64,000 nt of DNA from Ophelia neglecta (taxonomy: Eukaryota). Position 1 is the first letter of the stretch. Every line of letters begins with the position of its first letter. The position numbers and the translations under genes were made by a program. The notes under the pieces are model-generated. The model was given only the letters and a program-made list of their open reading frames with translations. It ran no database searches and was not told where the DNA came from. Of the stretch, positions 11,501-23,500 are shown piece by piece. The stretch is from the NCBI GenBank assembly GCA_965285935.1, contig OZ260661.1, positions 56,606,001-56,670,000 on the forward strand, given 5' to 3'.

Positions 11501-14500
11501 GAGAACGGGCCGTCAGCCAGTGGGGTTGTGGACTGACGCAGGATTTGATTCAGTACTGTGCGATGAGTATCAGCAAACTTGAGGAATTTTTGTACATCTG
11601 GGGGTACATTTGAAGTGATGGCCTGTACGGAGTTCTCGCGGGAGAGCAGGCTGCTCTGATTGGCCTCGCTGGTGGACTGCGCCGGGGACATGGGGGCGGT
11701 GAAGTCCACATTGATGTGGGCCAGCTGGTCTTCTCGACGCTGTGCAGGCTGCTCCTTCTTCCTGGAGTCTTTTTCACCTAAAAGCAGTAATTCACATAGT
11801 GATAAGTGGCAAAGTTAAGACAAGACTCAGGAACAGTTTTGCTAATTATACTCCATTTAAGACATGACTAGTAAGGGAAGACTTGTTGCAGCAGTAATGA
11901 CTAGTAGGAATCAAGACATATAGATACATGGCATCTGGGAAATACTGCAATAAAACTTTGGGCATATGATAGAATGAAAGGTTTAGCAATTTTGTTTCTC
12001 AATACTACTGTCAGACTTTGATAATTGAAGATTTTTTGATGAATAATCCAAAGAAGTTTCAGCCATATAAGTTTCAGTCATATCAATATGTCATTTCTTT
12101 CTTAAATGCAACTTGTCATCGCCCACAGATTTCATGCAATAATTTGCCCCTCTGAACACTTTCCTTACACTCTGCGAGTGCAGGATAAAAATCTCACTGT
12201 GAAAACAGGTATGTTGAAAATAGTGTGTCTGATAGGGAATAACCCTGAAGACGGGAGAGTTCAACAGGGGAATAACTACCATGCTATTATAGCACTTGAG
12301 GTAAGTTCCACCGGCGTACAGGGGCCAGCAAACATTAAGAAAGTGCCGCCTTAATCAGCTGTGAACTGAACAATGGAGCCTCTTACCAGCATGTACAATG
12401 AAGAAGGCCTCGACAGCGGGCTGCAGTACGAGGACAGCATGATGGTCGGGTGTTTTGGCCAGCTCGGAGAGACACTCTCCCAGGGTGTCCCACAGCTCGT
12501 CCAGGGACAGCTGGTCAGACAGGCGGGGTAAGGAGTACTCCTCCTCTTTCTTCTTGCCGGCCTCCTCGCCTACGCCCTCTGACGTGCCTGGAGCGTCCAC
12601 GTCCATAGGCGTGTGACCGCCTCCTTCGGTGTCTGCCGGGTGGGAGGCGCTCTCGTTGCTCTCCACACTCGACTGAGCCCTTGGAGGATGGGCCGGCCGC
12701 TCACGACGGCCCACCAGGTCCATGATGGCCTCAGCCTCAGCCTCCAACAAGGCCATAGCCTCCGTGATGTTATGGAAGTCGGCACTTCTTAAACCTGCAA
12801 TATATACAGTCTTCAATAAATATACTTCATACAAGACAATATCATTGGATAAATACAAAGGGGCAAATTATTAGGAATAATGTGTCTTTATTAGCTGTCT
12901 GATAGGGAATAACCCTGAGGCAAAGAACCTACAACAGGGGAATAACTATCATATTCAGTTTTGCACTTGAGGTAAGTTTTGTAGGCAAAAAGATAGCCAT
13001 GAAACATTAAGAAAGTGCATCCTTGTATAGTATTTTAGACCTAGCCGTCTCTCAGCCTGTCCAAATGTTAGTCAAATGGATTTTTAATTACTTTCTTGCA
13101 GGTTTTCCATAATACTGGAAAATATGATAATATACCATTTATCACTTTTCATGACAAAATCAGTTCCTTCCATGTTCTTACAGGAATGTGCATGAGAACT
13201 CACGTTTTGACTTTTTCACCGCGTTTCTGGCCGCCTCTCGTAGTTGTATGATGACTTTCAGGATCCTCAGCAGGAACTGTTGGCTGGATGTCTTGGATGT
13301 GAGCAGCTGCATACAGGGGAGCTGCAGTTCCCGGCCGCTGCTGCCCTTCACCTTGGAGGGAGCGTGCACCACGATGGTAGACTTGCTGTAGCGGTCCTGG
13401 AGCAGGCCCTTGGCCTGACTGGTCAGCAGGCCGTCTTCTGAGCCCTCCTCGTCCTTGTTTTTGTTCAACGCACACAGCTCTTGAAGTAATGTTCTGGAGG
13501 AAATTAATTCAAAAACATTAGTCAATAGGTTTTACCAAACAACCAAATCTTGTGTAACTAACAAAATATATCGTATTCCCTTCCTATCATAATACCTGGA
13601 AATCTTACTATTTACTATTTTCTTATCCACAATTAGGTACATAATGTAATATCTCCTAGGACGCTTAATACAACATTTATAGATAGATGACAGTGTACAT
13701 ATATATTGCTAATTAGTTATGTTATAGGGACTTACCTGATATGAGAGCAGACTGTGAGCCCCAGGTGCCTGGCTCCGGCCAGTAACAGCTGTAGAACCGA
13801 GTCTCGTGTGGCGTTGTTGGCTCGTGACAACTGTAACAACAGGTTTGTGGCATCCTCCAAGCCTTCTTCAGAACACGACTTAGACGTCAGCACCTGGGAA
13901 AAATACAGTTTGGTTGTCAATAGGTAACACTCGTAATTACACATCTAAACATACATACATCAGAGTTCTAGACTTTGACGGGTTGTTTCCGGGAGTATTA
14001 ACTTATTGCTCACTTCCACGGCCAGTTTGAGTTGGTGTTCCAGCACAGCACTTTCCTCCTCTTCCTCCTCCTCCTCCTCCTCTTCAATGCGTTTATCCCC
14101 CTCACTTTCTGCCTTCTTCTCTTCCTTTCTGGCTGGTAAGGGTGTGGACGTTACCACCTCAGCTGTTGTCACCAGGAAAAGATTTATGTTAATGTCCTTA
14201 GCAATATTACATTATAACTTTCATATTTATAGCTTCCAAAAACTTTGGATAATCTTATTAAGAAACAGGCAGAAAACAAGAGTGCAAGAAAAAAAACTGA
14301 GACCAGAAGGCCGAGTGCAATACCAGGTAAAGGAAAAAATAAACAAGAAAAACAGAGTGCAAGAAATAAAGATAAACAAGGAAAACAAAGTGCAATAAAA
14401 AAATTAACAAGGAAAACAGTATGATAACAGAAAGCTAGAAACAACTTCGAAAATAGGTGGGGTGCAATAAATAAAAATGAAGTGTCTGATAGGGAATAAC

Positions 14501-17500
14501 CCTGAAGACAGGAGTGTTCAACAGGGGAATAACTACCAGGTTATTATAGCACTTGAGGTAAGTTCCACCGGCATACAGTGGCCAGCAAACATTAAGAAAG
14601 TGCACAACTATGCCAGTTGGGTAAAGCATATGTAGACTACAAGAAAATTATAGTGCAAGAAAAACAAAAGTTCAAAACCAGCAAATGCAGCCTACAATGG
14701 AGTTATTTGTCTTACACCTATCCTATTTCTCTCTTTAAATTTATACTTAGAAATTTGTTAGTATTTTATCATATTTCATAATATTTTGTCAACTTTTTTA
14801 ATCAAATTCATGTTTTAAAGATGCCTAGAGCTTTTGCTAGGCATGGTATAAAAAATCTGGTGTTTACCTTGGGAAGCTGCGGCTGAGATGTCCATGTTGG
14901 TGACATTGAGCCCCAGGGTGTCGTCCTGTCTGCTGGGGTCGGAGGCCGAGGCCACTGTGGTCGTACTCATCACAGTCGCCGTGCTCCCAGTTGACGATGT
15001 GGGGGCTGAGCCAATAAGAAAACCATTGGTTACTAGACCAAATAATTAAGCAGTCTTAGGTTTAATACAAGTTATTCACATCACACAAAATTAAAGCAGC
15101 ACCATTGTCAATGCAATTTTTTTTATTCAGACAATGTGAACACCATATCCCCTTTTTTGTTACAAAAAGTATGGTGGGGCACAAAAATCAGATTGTACAG
15201 GTCACACAATAACAACATACACATAAGTTACAATGATACTAACCGGCAGTGGTGGACAAAGAGGTTGTTGTTGACGTGGCCGTGGCTGCCGACGTGGAGG
15301 TGCTCTGCGTGACATCTGGTAATCCAATAGATACAAGCCCCAGCAGTCTGAGCAGACGGTCAGTCAGCACCTGACTCCGCCGTACCACCGGGTGGGCCAG
15401 CATGCTCATCAGGTGGCCCAGGGGGGAGGCCTCGAAGGTAGTCACCACAACTTCCCCCTCCCCTCCTGAATTGCTATGAGTACGCTGGAAGCCCTTGCCC
15501 TTCCTCCCCCCGCCTACGTTATCCAGCCTGACCAGCAGTTCCCAGAAGTCCGTCTCAGCCCCGGTCTTACCACTGGTGTCCACCTTACTGTCCGTCTTGC
15601 TAACAGGAGCAGCCTTGGCTGGGCTGGCTTGGTTAGAGTTTGTCCTAGAAGGCTCAGTCAGGTCCTTCTCCTCCCCCTCCTTGTCTCCCTCACAGCCCAC
15701 CTCCTTGGCCTTCTCCTTGTTCTGGGGCAGGAACTGACTGGGAAAGCTTTTAGCCAGGGAGATCAGAGTATCCAGCACATGACGACACACTATTGGTGCC
15801 GCCTGCATGTGTATGGTGACTGCGGTGTTGTTGGCAGCCATATGTTTCTTGCCTCCCACACTCCTGGTAATTTGGAAGACGTTGGCCCTGCAGCCCAGCG
15901 CCGCGTCCAGACTGATCGAGAGCCAGGACGGGGTGCCAGCACGAGCCACAGAGTTTTCAGAGCTTTTGGGTGTTTTACAGACTAGTACTTCCATAGGCTG
16001 TGACTGAGAGCTTCCTGGGCTACTACTGCTCATGCTGCCAGACACACCGACTGCGCTGGACTTCTTTTTCAGCTTTTCGCTGGACTTCTGACACGTACTG
16101 GGCAGGGCTCTGCTGTCATCTGACAGCTCCTGTACAGGTTTACACTCGCCAGTCCGTTGGAGTATGCTGAGAAGGGCGCGTATCACCCAGGTACGTGTCG
16201 GCCCGTGATAACATAGGTTCCGTAACACCCGGTGAAGGCGCCCAGTGTTCAGTTTGGGTTCGTCCACAAACAGCAGCACCAGCTGACAGGTGAGCGCCTC
16301 GTGGTCCAGCAGGTGGCGTCCACGCAGACGTACCGTGTTGGCATTGGAGGCCGTCGGGGGCTGCCTACTGCCGGCCCAGCCCCAGTGTGGGGCTCCTCCA
16401 CGCGCCGTGGGAGGGCGAATGGCATACCTGGTCGTACCGAGGCGACCAGACAGACCTGAAACGAAGCAAAGCCATAGGTTATACATGTCAGTTAAAACAG
16501 AGACAGTACTACTCGCCTTCCCATGTCATCAACTCCACCTCACTATACTACTTACACCAATCATACATTGTAATATCATGTCCTTATTCTAAAAAAACCA
16601 CAGCACATGACACCAACATTTCAATTAATTTGACAATGTATACTTTTACATTTCCTTTTGTGTTCAAATATCTCACACAAGTGCACAGAACTATTTATAT
16701 ATTGATGTTAATAGGAAGAAAATTTTAAACTATAACATTATATCATGGAAAAAAGAAAAAACACTGGGTCACGACCATCAATCTTTATACAAGGCACACT
16801 GATAGAGTCACATACAGAAAATTGTGCTACTGCTTGAGGGAGGATTTTGGTTGTGGATATGTTACAGAAGCTTATATATATATACTGGCTGTTATCAACC
16901 AGCTCGGCCATTTTGACAGGCACTAGGCGCTGACTGGTCCACGAGACTTGTTGAAAACCACAGATTAATATTCAGTCAAGCTTTTTGTCCAGGGGAAGAT
17001 GAAAGTGAATTCTAGTAAGTAGCCACACCGCTAAGCCTGTATTGACTGTCTGACACTGACCTTGACCTGTCAGACATAAACTTTCTCTATCTGACTCTAA
17101 TCTGCTTGATGCTATTATGATGGAAGAACAAATTTGATCGTTTAATACACATGACATGAATGGAATAAAACATAAATACAAGCATTTCTGAAATAAAAAC
17201 AATTTAATGAAACTAAACCACACCACTTAACTAAGAAATAAAAAAAACATTATAAAGCTCTACAACTATCAAATTATGGACACATCTAACAAATGCTACA
17301 TAAATCAAATTCTTATTTTGCCCATTTTAAATAAGAGCTATTCCATTTACAAAGAGGCCAGCAGGGGGACTAACAGTGATGTTAAAATTAGGACTGTCAT
17401 TGACATCCAAATTTTGTCGATACGATTATCACGATACTTTTTGTCGATATTTCGATTTTGTCATTATTTCGATATACTAGTTTTAGCACCTTTTCCTGGT

Positions 17501-20500
17501 ACAAAAGTTACCAGAACCAATTGTTTTTGCAAGAATCAGGCCTAAGTCTCTTCGAGCCATGTTTGCAGAGGACTGTTTCTGTTATAATCTGTGTATGTGT
17601 GGATAAGAAGAGGGCTTCTGTAGTGGTTTGGGTGAAGCAGGCTTGCGAATTTGAAAAGTTTTCTCTGTTTTCTTCATTATATGGCATTTTTATGGCATTT
17701 TTATGGCATAAATATGATTATTTCGATATTTCGATATTAAGCCATGTATATCGATACACATATTGATAAATAGGGAATAGCGATATATCGATATGTAGGA
17801 TATCGATGACGCTCCTAGTTAAAATTCCACCCAAAGGGGGGGGGGGGGGGGGAGAGAGAAAATCAGTATTCGTTACCATGTCATATCATATATAATTTGG
17901 ATTTTTTTTTTTAATTTCCATCCCCCCACCATTTTAAATGGAACAGCCCTTTAGTAAGTTAAATTTCCCCTCTCAGTACAGCCCATACTTATGCAATTTA
18001 TTTAAATAAAAAGAAAGCCACAAAAATCAGGGCAAACAGCCTAGGTTCATGAGGATCAGCTGTGACAGGACCATTTTGAATTCAGTTTTATGCAAAAATG
18101 ATTGGATTGCAATGGTTAAGTGCCGAAATGGAATCTAAACGCTTTCAGAATGGAGCCATTTGCTCAACAAGCTGGACATTTGCCCTGGCCAATCACCTGA
18201 GTGTCTGAGAATGCCAGAGATGAGACCTGCACCTTGTGCGAACAGACGTTCTTGCATGAGGCGCCTATGTCGCTCCTCCAGCTCGCGCCTGAGGAGGGTG
18301 GCCTCGGCCGCTAGGTCCGGAGGCAGGACGGCCACCATACTGTCATCCATGTCGGCCAAAACCTGCTGGCGAAGTGTCGGCGGCAGAGAGGAGATGAACC
18401 CGGCCGGGTCTACCGGCAGTTCGGAATTGGCGGCAGTACTGGGCGGCTGGCTGCGGGCCTGCTCAGCTCTCTGCTGGGCAAGCACCTGTATACAAGAGGA
18501 TACAATCAACAGAAAGGCAGAGATCAATGCTTATCTCACATGACTGTAATAGAGGCTTCAGGTATAGTGGCTTTCTAGAAACATTAAGCCAAATTCTTCC
18601 CATTTATAACAACAAATAATGTCTAAGGTAGGTCACCTCCTCCTGAATGTTAGGTGGCAGAGCTGCCAGAAATTCTGGGTTGACCTCCTGTACTCCACTC
18701 TGTTGGACATCCTGCTGTGCTCTTTGTAGGCGCTGTAACCTCAGCTGCTCTGAGATCACCTCCTGTCTGATGTTGTCAGGCAGGGCTGCCAGGAACGATG
18801 GGTCCACACCCTCAGGTATCACAATATCTGACAGGATTAACAGTTATATATATATATAATATAAATATATAATATAAAAGAACCCTAATTGGAGGAGCCA
18901 GCTAGTTATAACCAGATAGTCTATACATAAATGTTATCTTAAATAGTACTAATATAGTCAGCAATTATACAGCTTTCCCAATAGGGAATTTAATCCCTAT
19001 AAACAATGTAAAGTACTAGTTTTGGAGAATTCTTAAGAACTTACCCCCAAACATATTTGGAGGGTTATTGGGTCTTCCATTGGAAGTGGAGGCTGTCTCT
19101 GTTGCATTAGTAGCTGTCGTAGTAGTAGTTGTGGCGGCTGTGGTAGCAGCAGCTGAACTGGTGGAAGAGACAGAGCTAACAGTAGCATCTACAGAGGAAG
19201 AATTAGGCTGCTCGCTGAAAGGGGTCCCAATCTCAGCCACACTCGGACTCTCACAACTGTTGCCAGAGGAGTTGATGGTGACTGCGTCAGAGCTGGTGAT
19301 ATCCGAGGGCTGCTCTGGGGTCACCTCACCCGGGTTGGGCTGGGTGGACAGGGGGACATTGTCACTCTCCCCCTGGGAGGTAATCACCTCGGACTGCTCG
19401 GGAGAGGTGTCTGAACCCGGAGCCGAGGATTCCGAAGCCATGTGTGAGAGCTCCTCGCCTTGATAGACCGGAGGCTCTCCGAGATCCCTGCTAGGGACCT
19501 CAGGTGTATCAGTCTCTGTCCCCGGCTCATTGCTCTCCCTGGCTGTACCCAGCTCTACCCCGGCAGGGTCAGGGGGGATAGGGATATCAGCCAGCTGGGG
19601 GGTCGTGTCCATAGGCATGTCAGGCAGCCCTCGACTGGAGGTCCACATTGGTGTGTTCTCCACCCTATCTATGGGTGACTCAGGGTGATCCGACAGCCCC
19701 CTGTTAAAGCAAAAGCATTATAGAAATTAAACTGAATATATTTAAAACTCAAGTTAAGTGATGAAAAGTAACTTCATCCATTGTGACTTGCCTGCGTGAT
19801 ATTGGAGCTGATGGTGTTTCCAGGATGATATTTTGAGCTGGTGTGAAAAAGGATCCAATGGCATCAGGCCCTTGGGTTACTGACTGTGGCTGTGGGTTAC
19901 TCGTGGGCGTATCTGGAAAAAAAATAAACACACATGTTACTGTTTTATGTAAGTGTACAAATGGAGTTAACTATACAAATCCTGCCTACCTATTAAGCTA
20001 GAAGTAAATGACATGCTGACCTGATGGCGTGGTGGAGGTGAAGGAGGAGGACACCCTGCTGTCACTAGCCACTGCCGTGGCCACAGCCTCGGCCAGACTC
20101 TGGGCAGCACCTGCAACCAAAAAGTTGGTTGATTCCACTGTCAATCAACCAGCGTGGAATATATTTTCAGAATCTCACAGAAACACAATGTGAAACTAAA
20201 ACATTTTCATGAAGACAAATTTGATAAATCAATCTACATCTACCAGTATCATTCAATAATTGTTCATCTGAATATAAGAAGAGTAAAACCTACGGTGTAG
20301 CCGCTCTGACTCCAGTTCTAGAGGTTCGTTGACCAAGGAGTGGAGAAGACTGTTGCCTAGGACAGTGGACTGGTCAGTACTGCCTTGGACAGAGCTGTCT
20401 CTCTCCATCAGAGATGACCTGGCGCCTGACTCGGAACCTTCAGAAACCTACAGGTGAAGTAAAAACATTCCTACACTAGACAGTTGATTATCTAAATGTT

Positions 20501-23500
20501 TTCTTCCTCAAAAGTATTATCATGAAGTTCAGTGATATCATTTATGGCTGACCCCATAGAAGGTCTGGATTCCATTAAGTTTAATACAGTGTTGAACAAG
20601 TTAAAAAAAATTCATAACTATCAGAATTATTTTCTATATGTACCTCCATATTGCCCAGGGTTTCCAGTTGGTCAAGTGTTTTTTTTTCAATATCCTTATT
20701 TTCATCTTTTGCATTTTCCTTGTTAGTGTCGGTCTCTTTCTTGTCCTTCTCCTTCTTTGCAGCCTCTTCTTCTGCTGTTTTGCGTCTCTTTTCTTTTCTT
20801 TCTGCCAGCTCTTCATCCCTGTGTGTCTCTAGCTGGGATATGATGAAGGGTTTCAGCATGGTCATACAGTCATGCATGCTCTCCCCATCCAGCACGCGAG
20901 CTTCTTCTGTCCACCTGTTGAGAGCCGATGGTACTCCAGATAACACCCCAGAACTACTGCCCTCTCCATCAAACAGAGGGTCCTGAAATAAATCAAATAC
21001 ACAACTTACAATAATATCCAACAATTATAATGTTTTTGAAAGTATGCCTAAAACTTAGTACTGGTAAAAGTCCTAATATTTAATTCAGGAGCCATATTGG
21101 GGGCTATCCAATAAAAAATGTTGAGGGTTGGGGGGCAAAGATTTTGTCCACCCCTGCCCCTCAGATTCTTGAAAAACCCTCTTAACCCTGCTAAAGAATA
21201 TCCCATTATGCCCCCCTCCCCCCAGATTCTCGTCAGGGACATTTTTAAACCTAAGAGCCCCATCACAATATTGATATTAGGTTTCCTTTATACTAATCAT
21301 GAGCAGAAGTACTCACGTGGAAGAGGTCTTCAAACATGTCATCGTCTGCCGGCGCTCGGTTTCCCTGCATGAACCTCAGGTCGTCATTGGCAACAAAATG
21401 GAACCTGGTCTGACTGCCTGCTGACAGCGTGTTAGTGAGCTGGAGAACATCGGCGGCAGCACTCGGCCCCAACAGCCTGGAAATATCACTAAAAGGAGTC
21501 AACATAACATAAATGTCCAAGCCACATGCTATGATCACATAATTACAATGGTTATATAGGTGTTTGGACGGAGTGCAGGGATTTCTATAGAACTAGGGCT
21601 CGTGTACCTCTGTAGGATGGTAGGAGGGTTGGGGTGTCTGCTGGCCTGCTGGTTGTAGTGTACATGGAGTGTCTGGGTGGAGGGATTGTATCGGTAGGTT
21701 CCTCTCTGCCGCGCCCCCCGATGTACTCTGGCTGCCATAGGGCCGCCCATACCGTGGGCCTCGGCATGGCGTACCAAGAGGGGGTGTGCTGACGAAACAT
21801 TCCCTGGGGCTGGTGGTACACTGGGACCTAACAAAACACAAACATCTCTCATATCTCATATCCTACAAAACACTCAGCTATATACAATGTATAATTCAGG
21901 ATGTCATAAATATCCCTGTGAGTTACACAAATGCGTTGAGCTAAAACTGGCCCAAATAAAATTCAATTTACCTGCCACCTCATTACCATTCTCTGTGTCA
22001 TGTACTGCTATTGGCAGCTGGTAAGTTCTGACTTGGTTCTGTCCTCCAAACAGGCTCCCTCCTAGTACAATAAGATACAAACACAATCACAACCACTGTC
22101 CTCAATCATCAAACCATTACTTATCTATGTCTACCAGCCCTCCTTACCTTGTCTAATGAGGTGGCCCTCAGTGTATAGATAAGGTAGGGAGGGGTGGTAT
22201 ACAAGTTGTTGGTTTTATATCTACCACCATCTCTCGAGCACAAACTCGTACCTGGACATGGCACGGGGAGTCATTGTGGTTGGGACCTAAGGTGTGTTAC
22301 ACACTGTGGACACCATTAGCAGAGCTGCCATTGCTCATTTAATAGAAAACTTTTCAGCACACTCACCAGGTGGTAACATTTCCCCGAGCTGGACCATCAG
22401 GTCTTCATCTTCATGTAGACGGTAGAAAGCATCATCTTCCAATTCAGGCATGTCATCTTCATCTGCCTCCATATCAGACCCCTGAGCACATTAAAATATA
22501 TATTATTTCTTTCATCATTTCATTTATTCAGCAGAATATCAACACACACACACAATGTGTTTATTTATGTACGATTTCTTAAAAGAAAAATATAACTGTT
22601 GTGCAGACCAAGTAAATTCTCTACCTCATCTTCCTCATCCTCTTCGTCGCATGCACCTCCATCCCCGACACATTCATCATCATCTTCATCATCCCCATCA
22701 TCATCTTCATCATCGTCGTCGTCATCATCATCATCGTCGTCATCATCGTCGTCATCCTCCCCTTCGGTGGCATCATCATGATCATGTTCTTAAATGTATA
22801 ATATACATCCAGTTTCAAGGACAACCATATCGTTTAAAGGACAGAATCATATCTTTCTCTTTTCAATCATACAGATTTTGGAATCAAACACAGTACTGTA
22901 CCTTTTAAGTCCAATCCTTTAAAAAATTGAGAGGGTGGAGGGGCATGCCTGAATATTTTTTCTGCCCCCCCCCCCCAAATTTAGTTTCCTTAATCCACCC
23001 TCACCCTTACTACCGATTTTTCTATTATGCCACCCTCTGCCCACATACAAGTTTCCCTACAGCCCCAACCCCCCCCCCGGACTTTTTTTAAATGTAATAG
23101 CCCTAATTTGGTTTGGGTTTCTGTTCCCTCAAAGATACACTGTACAGCAGCCTACCTAATTCCGTTCCTTGGGTGTTATCCGCCTCGTCATCACTGATGT
23201 CCTGGGTCACCATCTGGGAGTCGTGGTTGTCGGCGTCTTCAAACGTTACCCGGCTGTCTTCATCCCCCACCAGGGTGGAATGACCAGGACCTGACAAATA
23301 CACCACCATAGCTTACTAGGTCTCCTCATCAAAATAAACAGCTCCATCATGCCAACAAATATCTTACTGGTTTTATGAAATGGATAATCTTATACACCCT
23401 TTTGAACATAGATCTACATGAACATATTAATATTATCACAACTTGTGAACTGAGACTAAATAAAGGGTGCAAAGACTCCTATATTTAACACTTAAAGACC

